Positions 50,011 through 62,422 of a stretch of DNA of 64,000 nucleotides are shown piece after piece. The notes under the pieces were generated by a model. That model was not told the DNA's origin and ran no database searches. It saw only the letters and a program-made list of their open reading frames with translations. The stretch is from positions 34,350,001-34,414,000 of the forward strand of contig CM119371.1 in NCBI GenBank assembly GCA_051294905.1. The letters are read 5' to 3'. Every line of letters starts with the position of its first letter. The stretch's first letter is position 1. This DNA comes from Botryllus schlosseri. Its lineage: Eukaryota. Position numbers and translations under genes: made by a program.

Positions 50011-52313
50011 AATTCAAAAATATATACGTCCTCAACTTTAAGAATGCGGAGTTTCTTATAATATGGAGATATGTAAGTTGGAATAATTCAATGATCTCGT
50101 TGCTTTGATCGTGATGCGTCGTTGGCTTTGTGTATTCATGGTGTGGAATATGAGAGATTTTAGACGGGGGCGCTGGCATTTCGTTCATCATTTTTATATC
50201 ACCAATTCACCATTCGATTTCTCTGACGACCGCGGCTGGCGCCTTTTCGGTCAGAGTAATATAAGCAGCAGTGCGAGCAGTGATATTTGAATTCTATTTT
50301 TCTTGTAGCGAATATATTCTCCATATGTTACATGCAACGGTTTCGGATTGTCGTTTCCTCCTTTGTGAATAACCGTTATTTGGTCCCTTTTCCCAGAACA
50401 CTCAGAACATAATAGGCTATTTTGCCTGCCCATAATGTATTGTCAATGTCACCACTTTGTTCCTGATGGTTACTTAAGTGAGAACTCAACACTGACGACG
50501 ATCGTTATACTGTGGTCGATGAACAAGCTCGACATTTACTACTATTAGAAATGTAGGCCTACTGTATAATAGGCTACATCGCAATAATTCTTCAATTTAT
50601 TCAGAATGACCTCGCGGGACGGATGAAATGGTCTGGCGAGCCGTATGTTTGACACCCCTGGTTTAGACTTTAGGTCGTATGTGTGGCACCGGTGGTCTTA
50701 ATACTGTAAAACTGTAAAAACAAACATAAAGTTCTGTACCTCCAAGAAGCGCTTAAAACCAAAAATATGTTAGCACCAATTTTCCTACGAAATGAAATCG
50801 ACTTATTGGCGATTTTAATCAATCAATAAGCGTGTATTTAGTATTTACATTATAACTTCTGTGACTGTATGGCAAGATCAGGATTGCATTGGCACTTATT
50901 TTTGACCAATCTCAATTGCACTATCTAATTAAAATCAACTGTGGCAGATATGTATTATACTGCGATATCATAGTTTGTAAGACAATTTCAACGATCCGAT
51001 AAATCTACTTACAGAGAGGATGTGCATATAGAATAGATGATTAAATGACTTATTGTTCAATCATCATGACTCATGCATCAAATTGCGAATAAACGATATT
51101 CTAGTATGCTACTCGTATAGATGATCTCGCACCCTAGTTTTAAACTTTGTATATCAGTAGCGCGGTATGACTTCATTACATATATGTCTCATTCACGAAC
51201 ATGGGTTGATAACATTCGGCTACCGAAATATGGTATCTGTTCTTTGTCACGCCATAATCGGCAGATCCTTCAGCGTGATGACGGAATATTTTCGCCATCC
51301 TGTCACTTGGTGCTTAATCGGATGACGTAGTTGTGAACAATTTGCGAGCAATTGAACGTATTCTGATTATACCAACGATCACCCAATATGGAAGGCTTCT
51401 TCAAGACTTCTTCGAATACTGTTGAACGAAAAGTACGGCAAGCAAGACCATACCGGGAGATACGTGTGAACGTGCGTCAGTCGAATATATTAACATGTAT
51501 GAGATAGGAAATGAGACTATGTAGTATCGTGTGCAAATTACTTCACATTTTCCGATACTCCCAATTGGTCTGATTGACGCGCGTATGTTGAATCTTGGTG
51601 ATAACTATTCATATTCAGTCTAGACGCAAAGGCAATGCAAATTTTATTTAGATGTGGACTTGCCTTACTCCCATGCAATCACTGCACTCGCTGTCTTTCT
51701 GAGTAGGTTTACTGACGCAGATGCACAGTATCTGAATAACAATAGATAATCACATACCTAACGAACTCTGGTAGTGATAAAGGTTATTTCTTTCCTTTAT
51801 ACAAAGATACTAACCAAATTCTTGGCAACTGGAAACCGTCATTATATTCATCAATGATAAAACAATGGTCTTCTTTCAAATGGCTGGAATTTCCATCTGC
51901 TCAGCGCAAAACTTTCTCAATTAGCCTGCCGATATTAATCATGATTACAAATTTGGTTCAAATATTTGGGCATTTCAACTAGCAATTCATAAAAATTTAC
52001 CAGACTTTTCATATGAAAACCCCTGGACTGATTTTATGGAAATGTAGTATTTGAAAGTCCGGGATCGCTTGAAGGTGCCCCTGTGAGCCTTTTGAACCAG
52101 TGATTCTCGACCATCTTAATTTGCAGGCATATTTTTCATTCACGGAGTAAAATAGCAATGGAAATATAGAATTAGCCTATTGAACAATGAATGCATTATA
52201 GTTCTATTGAAGTAGCAAGGGTTTATTTGTAGGCATATACATGTGCTATTAATCTATCTAAAATATTGAATCTATTCCGTTACGAACCACCTCTTGGTAA
52301 ATGTATATATTAC

Positions 52314-52825
52314 CAGGGTTGTAATGACTCGAGCCATGACTCGACTTGACTCGATTCATTTTCTTAAAATACGGAAATTACTCAACTCGACTCGGGTTAA
52401 TCTGTGTATTGACTCGACTTGGACTCGAGTCATTGCGCATGACTCGGATCAAGTCATATGACTCGAGAATCAGATGGCCAAGACCGACTTTTCATTGTAA
52501 TTTCGAAGGATAGTAAATTAACCACGCTATTGGGAGTTCATTTAATAGTACTGGTACGTGAAAACTCGACCATGCAGAACCTGTCAAAATTGAGGAAAAA
52601 TAGTATATTATAAATGCAAGCTGTTCGATATCACCAAACCTAGTTATAAAAAATACTTTAACTGAAAACTGAGCAGTAAACACAATGACATGGACTCGGA
52701 CTAGATGACTTGGACTCGGACTTGACTTGGTGGTGAATTTAAAATGACTCGCATTGACTCGAGTCTAAACTATAAAAGTAACATTGGCTTGTGACTTGGA
52801 GCCTTGCAACTTGGTTACAACCCTG
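52314..52825 (+). mobile_element. GACTCGAGTC-rich hAT-type MITE (family H)
   Basis: TIR CAGGGTTGTAA/TTACAACCCTG; TSD TATATTAC/TAGATTAC; about 330 bp upstream of the kB site of paralogue 3. Confidence 0.88.
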
Positions 52826-53155
52826 TAGATTACTAATCCACGGATGAATACGCAACTCGCGGTGGTCACGCTTGGACAAGCAGTGTCTCTAATTGCCGAT
52901 TTTCAGACTTCGAAGGCTGTTTTGAGGTGGTTCCATTTCCCTGAAAAGATTTTAATTTGTATTGTCGGAATCAGTGCGACACTAGGTTTCGATAAAGACC
53001 AGTTTTAATAAATTTCAGCCGTCGGGTCACAAGCTATAGCACTACCAATTATGCTGCTTTTAGATTGCTCAGCAATAAGAGAGACTGCTTGCACAAGCGT
53101 AACATAGAGTGGTGTGGGAGTTGCGCATCTATCCGTAGGTCTGGTTGTTACACCT

Positions 53156-53166
53156 GGGGAAGTCCC
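53156..53166 (+). promoter_or_regulatory. NF-kB/Rel consensus site GGGGAAGTCCC upstream of E2 paralogue 3
   Basis: Exact reverse complement of the copy-1 site; about 65 bp upstream of the ATG; CATATAT about 25 bp downstream of it. Confidence 0.7.
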
Positions 53167-53230
53167 ACATAGGTTTTCAAGATTCGACGTTCATATATCG
53201 TGTGTATTGGCAAAATAAGAGAAAGAAGCC

Positions 53231-53746
53231 ATGGCCTTCAAACGACTGCAGCATGAATATAAGAAGTTTCTGCAAGAATCCAGCAGTTCGCCTATCAGAG
53301 CAGGACCTCTCGATGACTCAGATATGTATCGCTGGTGGGCGACTATTGAAGGACCTGGAGGAACGCCGTTTGAAGGAGGAGTATTTCGAATCCTTATAGA
53401 CTACCCGACGGAATATCCTTTTAAACCGCCCAAAATGCGGTTCGACACCAAGATTTTTCATCCCAACGTAAGCAAACGAGGGACGATATGTGTTGACATT
53501 TTGCAGAAGCAATGGTCCCCAGCACTCACAACATCGAAAGTACTTTTATCTATATGTTCCTTGCTCGCTTCTCCAAATCCTGATGACCCTATGGATGTGG
53601 AGAGCGCCACTTTGTATTTGGATAATCCAGGACTGTATTTCAAGCGGGCAAAGCAGTGGACAGAAATGTACGCTATCGCCGATCCTACAAGTTGTAGCGC
53701 GAAGGTTGCAGTATCACAAGACAGTGTTGACCGGTCACGTAAATGA
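53231..53746 (+). CDS. Ubiquitin-conjugating enzyme E2, UBE2D/Ubc4-5-like, intronless paralogue 3 (171 aa)
   Basis: Same UBC motifs (HPNVSKRGTICVDILQKQWSPAL). Good start context (GCCATGG) and AATAAA at 54024-54029 downstream. Confidence 0.95.
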   Translation: MAFKRLQHEYKKFLQESSSSPIRAGPLDDSDMYRWWATIEGPGGTPFEGGVFRILIDYPTEYPFKPPKMRFDTKIFHPNVSKRGTICVDILQKQWSPALTTSKVLLSICSLLASPNPDDPMDVESATLYLDNPGLYFKRAKQWTEMYAIADPTSCSAKVAVSQDSVDRSRK

Positions 53747-56700
53747 CATTCAGAGACATTTCATGACGTTCAATTATTTCAAAAGTTAAGGAAATGTTAT
53801 TCCTTGTTGGATTATGGGTAACTTTTATGGAATACTTGGAATGATTGCAACCTATATGTTGACATCCATTCACTGATAAATGTTTATCGAGCATTGCTTA
53901 TTGCTGGATATCGCAACATTTTGTAAAACTGTAATTGCAAATTTGTAATTTGAATTAAGTGAATTCTCATATTAATCCACTGCTAGGTTCGATGCTTCAG
54001 GTATACGGTGCATTTGAGAGTAAAATAAAACACACGAAGCAACACATTTATCATGAACGGTACCTTTTTTTACCAGAATCATATTGATGACATTTGCTTG
54101 CTTAAAACGCACATCCAGAAAAATTGCGTTAAAAATAAAAATATAACTGCATCATATTATAGCTCCTTGAGACACAATGTGTACCGCATATTCCAGGTCT
54201 GCTATATAACGTGCTACAATGTATCAATATTTCTCTGACGTTCTTTCTTATACATTCACTTTTGTCCATCCCTCGTGTTCTGATTTGATATTAATTCTAT
54301 AAATCAATGATTTTATAATTCTAGGTACTTCAACTAAGAATTTATGAAATAAAAGCACATGACATGTTACCTATGTTTGCTTAGGCTATGTTACATCATA
54401 TCTTCTGATGTCAATTTCAAGGTCAAGTAGCAATCACGTACACATGCCAAATCCTCATGACAAATAGCAGATTATACCGCATGATAGGCAGACAAAAGTT
54501 ACATAGAAGCTTTTAAGAGGCGGCGAGAAGTCATCCCGAGCTGCTGTTGTCGCTATGAGAGGTTGAGACGTATGGGGAGTACGAAATTTATGAATGTAGG
54601 CGATATTCGTACACAAAAGCTATTACCATAACTTATAGTTCTTACTTCTTAGCAAACGCATCATACAAGATTACTGCTATTACTGGTATATTTTGAAAAC
54701 GAGAAAATGTTGCTCAGTTCAACGAAACCGAAATATGGTGGGTAATGACTCTGTGGTCTTTTCTATACGTCCGGCTGAACGTTTTATATAGTTAAAATTA
54801 TTCTGTTCGCACGTGATCAGTTGTCATGAATCAGCAATACCATTTCAGAATGCCAGATACATTACAACTGCGTGAGTCCCTCACCCAGATTTGATAATTG
54901 TTTTATACGAATAAATACAAAACAAATAAAAATAATGTCATTGCCTAATTTTTGCGGAGGTAACTCTGGAATGCGATTGTCGCATCGCTGTATCATTACG
55001 ACACCGGATAGCTATTTCACTGTATCGCTGTAGGCTACTTCAAGTCATGCTGCAAGATATCGAGAGATATTGTAAAGTAAATATGTCCCTAGTATCATAC
55101 GGTGCATCCTTCAGTCCCTATAAAATACTAGTATTCACGCAGTTCAATCTGTTTTGACGGGCAATGTGATTACTGCGACATGATCATATTCATGTCATTG
55201 TGTGTATTTGGGGGATTTTCGAGTTGCAATATTGATTACTGTGGCTACTACTCGGAATATTCTTGACGTAAGCGACACCCGAATTGTCAGCCTGACGCGC
55301 TGTTTTTGACTTTATAATGAGTACATCGTATGTGATAAAAACTATGTTAAGTCCTTTGACCTGTTTACTACAAGTTTTATCACGTATGAACGTACTGCTT
55401 TATATCATCATGCCACAGCAATATGCATATATCGAATATCGTCACTAGGAGTCAGGAGATAAACACCTTAATGTGCCTGACGAAGCAAAACCAAATATTA
55501 TCGATTTCTCCACTTTATTTCGCAAAATGCGATTACTGGTTCGCGCGCGCATATACGTTTTTAGGATCCTATTGGGTGTTAATAATTCGCAGTTACTGCA
55601 CGAAGGAACTAAATTTATAACTGTATACCTTACAGGGCCTCATTGACTTCCATTCTCCTCTTACATCAGCTATAGCTGCCAAGAAATGGTGATATGATGG
55701 TTGCTGATCAGGTTGAAATGGGAATCTATATGCTACATCTGGGTGCGTACCAATTGAGCGACAGATAAACTGAGTAGCAGTTCGTTTGAGTGAAAAACTA
55801 AAGTATATAAAACTGGCCTCTTATTCCGTTGAATGGCAAATCATTTTAGTGACAGGATTGTGAATGTTTTCATTGGCAAATTTACAATTATGTCTCAATC
55901 GTTTCAGTGAGGCGTGGTTTAGATTTTCGAGTGCAATAATAATGCTTCTTAAGCAACGTAAACTACTTTTGAAATCCAATTGGCCATTGGCTACAACCAC
56001 AAATAAGAAATCGGACGAAGGAAAAGTATCTCATTTATGTGTTACGATCCTGTAACAACTTGTCGGTCGGTTCCTTCAATTAGCCGATCATCGTGAAAAT
56101 TAATAAAAAAAAGTTCGTGACAAGCACATAAATGCCACAATTCGCGCGTCGCGCGAAGGGCCTTTCAACATCTGCAAATATCACAACAAGTATTTTTGTA
56201 ACTGCAAGTCCATCCTCACGAACAGCGACAATTTCGATCGCATTTCAATCGAAACTAGAAAAAATACGTAATCCCCATACATTCTATGGTAGGCCGAAAG
56301 TCGATGGTACCGACCGCAAAATACTACACTCCGTAAAAACCATTTGGGGTCACAACTCACTGGTTGAGAATCAACGCCCTGTATCCAGACAATGTCAGGA
56401 TGGTGCGTGAGGCTAATTCTATACATATTGCCACATTGAAATGATATTGATTCCGCATATCTTATGAGCATCTTTAGAAAATATCTCAACAATGTAAAGT
56501 TCAATTATTTTGATGTCCTATGACATATATGCTCTTATCTATGAGCCAGTGGAGTGTGGTATAACATATTACATCATTAGAATAGAATTTACCTTGGCCT
56601 CTTCCTAGAGAGATGTATCATAGCAAGTCCCAAGTATCCCTCTTAGCGTAGAATAGCACTCCTGATAACACTGAAAACAGCAGCTGTTCCTCCTTAATTA

Positions 56701-57125
56701 TTGACAACAGCACTCGAATTGAAAACGGACGAGAAGGACTGTTTTAGCTCATACACAAAGCCGTAACTCCCATTTGTTATCGTTTCCGAAATACCTTCCT
56801 ATGTCGTCATTGGGTTGAATAAACACGATCGATATTATATTTGTTAAAATGGGTGTTTCTTGAGTTCGGGTTCGATATCTCCAGTGTATATCTATGTGTC
56901 TGCCTACGGAGTCACTCATGACATATGGTGAGGTTCAGCCAGTTCACACCTGTTCCATATTAAAATCGTCTCATTAAATATCATGTGATTAGTGACCCGG
57001 TGGTATTACTGAATGCTGCCAACCAGACGGCACAGTATTCTAATTGCTGGATATAAATGAATTATTTTCTTTGGAGTATGATTGATTAAAATTCATGGTA
57101 CTTTACGCAATCTGCAAAGTTTTAA

Positions 57126-57611
57126 CAGGGCTGTAATGAATCGAGCCATGATTCAACGTGACCCGAGTCATTTTCTTATAAAATGGAAAATGACTCGACT
57201 TGGGTGAATTTGTGTATTGACTCGACTTCTACTCGAGTCATTGCGCATGACTCGGCTAAGTCATATAACTCGATATAGTCTATATTCCTTGATTCCTCCT
57301 GTATCGAGAGCTATACTTGGAAAATAGACGTATAAACGCTATTTCATCTGTTTGAATAAAGATGTAGCGGCAAAAATAAGTATATTATGATTGCCAGGCC
57401 TTCGATATCTCCCAAGAGTCTCGGTTTGAACCTGTTTTGATTTCTCGGACCCAAGTCTCAACACTATGACTCGGATTCGACCGGTTGCTCTCTGACTTTG
57501 ACTTAACTCGGTCGTGAAATGAAAATAACTAGAATTGACTCGAGTCAAAACTGTAAAAGTAAAGTTGACTTGTGACGGTGACTCGCAACCTGTGACTTGG
57601 TTTCAACCCTG
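57126..57611 (+). mobile_element. GACTCGAGTC-rich MITE (family H)
   Basis: CAGGGCTGTAATG../..CAACCCTG ends; colinear homology with 52314-52825. Confidence 0.82.
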
Positions 57612-59699
57612 TATCTTTACAATACAATACAACAACCCTGCCGTCTTAAGCAAACTTTTCGACGTAAAGTTTAGCAGAAATTCTGTAAAATGTATGCACT
57701 TAATTTTGGCGCGATCGGTGAATCACAGATCAAAACCATGCAGCGAACAAGTTTATTATATATTTGAAAACAAGAGAGATAGCTTGCGTCATATTGGCAT
57801 CCGTGAAATTTTACCTAATAAATAAATCGTTCTAAACACTGCTGGAAGCAATATTGATGTGAAACCCGGTATATATTCGTGCACATGCGACATATTAACT
57901 CACAGCATCAGTTACACGGTAAGTAGGATACACTATTACGATTTAATACAGAGGAAAGAAATAAAGTCTGATTGCGGGAAATGATCAGAACTCATACACG
58001 AACTTGGTTAGCCCGTTTCGTGGTCGGACGGAGGCAAGTGGTTGTATGTTTCACAACAGTGATAGTGCGATAATTCCATAGAAATTCTCAAGAATCGATA
58101 AAGTTTTGAACCTTTCTATGTTCGTGTTAGTTTTGTGTCCATGCTCTTTTCGTGCAGTCACGTTCATGCGTAGAATTATATGAAGTAGCATTTCAACGTA
58201 TTTTGATCATAGACATTATGATTACTGTAAAACGTTGCTATTTTTCAATAACTTTCACATCGTAGATCCTTGTGAGATTTTTTTTCAAGCACTGACCTCT
58301 AAAATTTCGAGGTTCGCACGATCAACACGAATGTGAACATAACGCTCCCACCATCCCTGATGTTAATCTCAAGTCCCACCCGCAAATATGTATGGAAGAT
58401 CCAATCGTAATATGCCATATTTTGTAGTCGGGAATTTATCGAGCAATTTTGAGATAAATAACCGGTGTTTTAAATATTCCCAACTTAGATACATTTCCTT
58501 ATCTTAAACAGGTTGGATAAAGTATATTTTCTCTACATCTATTTAGGCACGCGATCGGACTAGCCCATATACACTCCTTGTAGTTAAACCACTCGTATAT
58601 AGTGACGTATTTCATTGATATGACAACTCAGAATCACACCTAACCCAACCCTAAACGACATCATCAGCTATCCATAACACACAGCTGTCCTTACGAAAAT
58701 ATGCTTTCGTGGAATGCTTGACTTTTGGAGGATCGAATTCAGTATGGTTGTAGGGCGTTCTTTAAACAGTTTTCGGTTAACATGTGGGGTGGATGTATAT
58801 GGGCTATAGATTCATGATGTCACATGTAGAAATCTCGTTTGACTTCATGACGAGCGCAAATGCCTCTTTATGGGTACGAAATCGAAAAGTACTATAAATA
58901 TGAGTGCATTCATCAGAAACTATTTCGTTTCATAATAGCATAACGAAGCGGGCAATTGGTGTGGTACATTCTTGCTGTGGTTCAGTTACGAGAATTATAG
59001 GGCAATTCTTCACAATTATCCTATATATAATATACAGATGTTTTATTTAAAGAAGAGGCAGTGTCGTGTTGTTCCAACTCGTCTAGAATGATCTGAATAA
59101 ACATCAAACTTGATACATTGATATTGATACTGTTCAATATCACATCAAAGGAGAATTGAAACTGACATATAGGGCGTAACGAGGTATCATAAACTCAATA
59201 CCACGGTTTGTCGAGTAACAAATACTTGAGTTAGGTTATAGCAGGGGTTTCCAACCTCTTTTGTGGTCGCGACCCCAAATATCGATTTGAAAATGTTTCG
59301 CAACCACCTTTCACTTTGACGTGTTGAATACAATAAATTGGCAAAACCCTTCTCACAGCCTATATGGGACGCTGGCAACTATGTGCGCAGTAATAGTGAC
59401 TACGCAATATGAACTTGCCAACCTCCGTCTCTCAAGACTATAGTACTTTGGAACGATTTCTATTATATCCAATCGCATACTTGTCAAGTACTGACGTGAA
59501 ATCCTGCGTCATGCGAACCACAGATAACAATCTATAAGATATTCGACCGCACCGAGAGTGTGTTTAAAACTGTGTAGGTATAGCGTTAACACATACCACT
59601 ACCGGTCACTTGTATTATTAATAATATTATGAGTAAAATCGTAATAGTGGCGCTTATCACAGCACAGGTACTGTGCGCCACTTCTATACTGGTTATTAC

Positions 59700-60252
59700 T
59701 AGGGATGGTGTGAACGCGAGGTTCACGTTCGCGTTCTGTGTGTGAACCTCGTGTGATTAAGGTGTTGGCTACAGCTGTATAACTTTTGGGGTATAGCCTA
59801 ATATCGGTAGCAAGTGTGAAAACCTGTTTTACACTCTGCCCAATATCAATGTAGCAATACTCATACACCGAATACATTGCATGCCCGGTCTGGTCAAGAC
59901 CGTTTAGGCGTAAGCTTATATTCCCTGGCAACTCCTCGTCGAAATTATTGGTAAAGCGACGGATGATATTGATTTTATGGGAGTATTATATCATTTGATT
60001 ACCTCATTTGATACATTTAGCGACGTTTAAAACGCCAAAATGTACTTCAGCATTGTGGCATTATGTGGCCCGAGTCGTCGCTAGGTATCGTGTACATTAA
60101 TATAGGCTATCACTTGATTGAAAGATAGGGTTGGAATTAGCAATATGACGTCACGTGACGTCACGAGGTTCACGTTCGCGTTCACACAGAACCTTTCAAA
60201 AAGGTTCGCGTTCACACGAACCTGAACCTTTCAGAGGCTCACACCATCCCTA
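59700..60252. mobile_element. hAT-type MITE with GTTCAC/GTTCGC repeats
   Basis: TIR TAGGGATGGTGTGA; perfect TSD GTTATTAC (59692-59699, 60253-60260); related fragment at ~26210-26303. Confidence 0.9.
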
Positions 60253-60423
60253 GTTATTACAATAAATTTGCATTATCCAAATATATACAGCATCGCTCAG
60301 TAATATTGGCATACCAAAATGCACATGCAACTTCAATACACGGAGCTAGCCGACAATATACAATATGCATACACGACATCACGAAATCTACAACATTATC
60401 CTATATCTTTAGATCTGTTAGAG

Positions 60424-62422
60424 CAGTGGTTCTTAGCCAGGGGTCCGCGGAGTCTGAAAATATTTGATAACATAATTTGTATTTTTTTTATATTCGGGAA
60501 ATCACGAGGCTTCATTACTAGTACAACTCCAGAGCTCACAGCAACAGAATGACCGTCTGAGATGGAACATACCACTGTGCAGACTCATTTCAGTTTTTAA
60601 ATTGCCAATAGCCTATGGATTCAAGCAGTTTGTTGTTTAGAGATGTTTTGTTGAGGATTGTGGGGGGGGGGGAGTTGGATGAGAAAGGTTAATCACGGCG
60701 ATTCGACATGTTAACAAAAATCCAATTTCTTCTGTGATATACATAACCATTTCTTTTATATTAACTTCAAGGTAAGCTCCTAGATAGAAATGACCAGGGC
60801 CTCATGAAAGAGATTTTTCTTTTAGTATGGTCTCGTACGCGTCAGCGATACTGATATCATTCCAATAGCGCAGTCTTTTTCTGGGAATGGCGAAATAACA
60901 TGGTTTACCAAAGTTATAAATAACAATGGACTAACTCGAAGTTAATCTGCGAGAAACTAACGAATATATTCTTCGCGTGGCATGATCATTGCATAAGATT
61001 AACTGTGCAACTACATGCCGTGAATTGTCGAAGTCATCACTTCCATCAGGAAAATCTGATCACGTGTGATGAGATAGGATAAAATGCAGAATATGCTAGT
61101 ACAAGCACCAATATTTTTGAAAAAATCCATCCCCTTGCAAACGTTTATCGGCATATGCTTCAACTGCGCACTGTGTGCGTTGAATTAAATCAGCTTTTCA
61201 GCAGCACAAATTTTGATTTTATTCGATTCGTTTGAACGGGAATCTTCTGTCGATAAGGTCATACGATAATATTGTTCTTGCTTCGGTCAGACTTAAATAT
61301 TCGTATCAATATAGATTACTGTATGTCTTGATAGTAATGAGTGTCTTGCCGGTATTAATAAGACGTCACATCAGCGTTTTAACGCGGTAGGCCTACATCG
61401 ATCGCATGTATTGATTTGAAATGCGTTCTCTTGCCAGTCGTGTATGTCTGCTAGTAATCTATATGTCACAATGTACATACACGGATTCATTGTGACGTCA
61501 CATATGGTCGCACAAAATTACCATTCGCCGTCTATAGTAATTGCGGTTACAAGCGTCCATTTGTGTCGCAACATGTGTTCTGGCTAGCTGCTTGCCTGTG
61601 TGGCCAACATTGAGTTAATATACTCGCTAATTCTGCTTGTCACTGTTTATACTGATCGCTTTTAATGATGACAAAACGAATGGGTAGTTTGTCATGCTCA
61701 TCCCTTCACCAAGCCAAATTAGCAAAGAAGTGCGAGCCGTTTTACATGGAATGGTTGTCGGAGCATGTGAAAACGGAAGACATAAGTAGGTACGCCCGAA
61801 GACCTTTAATTGCTATTTAGGGGTCCTATACCTTTTCCAACACACCTGAATCGATCAGCTCAACCGGTAAATCCAATTACGTGAGCAGAGAGAGCATAAA
61901 AATTGATAGCAATACAGCGACTGAATCATGGGCCAAGGGCCTGCGCAGTGAGTTGGCGTGTTCGCGCAGACTCGTGAAAAATAAGAGGGAACATTGGTTA
62001 CAAGTTCATTAAAAAAATTTGCTTGTCAATTTTGGTACCAGATTTGTTGCGATCATACCCACATGTGTTGTCGTTGCGCGTTATTATTACATTCGCCAAC
62101 CACCTATATTTGTGGAAGTAGGTTTTCGGCACTCGTTCATATCAAATCGAAGGCGCTTATTTTTAAGACACGACCACGTATTTCAAGAAATACATTTGCA
62201 GGATTCGCTTTGAAATAATAGAAGTCAAACCAATTTCTACATGAATAGTATGATCTTATTTTGAAGAAAGTCATTATGTTGCTGTTTATCACTAAGCCTG
62301 CACAAGACACATGAAGATTGCACGATAATCGAGCTAAATTTTAACTAAAACTGCGTGGGATCCGCGGGGGTCCGTGACGGTCCGAAAGGGGTCCGTGAAT
62401 ACAAAAAGGTTGAGAATCACTG
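60424..62422. mobile_element. hAT Charlie/Buster-like element with GGGGTCCG motifs, nested in 59242-63091
   Basis: Ends CAGTGGTTCTTAGCC / GGTTGAGAATCACTG; TSD TGTTAGAG/TGTTAGAA. Confidence 0.8.

Larger units (their letters stand above)
47997..50660 (+). mobile_element. hAT CAGGGGTGTCAAAC-family element hosting nested family F copy 2 and a LINE fragment
   Basis: 14-bp TIR CAGGGGTGTCAAAC/GTTTGACACCCCTG; TSD GCTTAGAC/GTTTAGAC. Confidence 0.85.

Noticed and set aside
53120..53130. C/EBP-like sites near the E2 promoters
   Set aside because: Motif too degenerate and not positioned consistently across the three copies.
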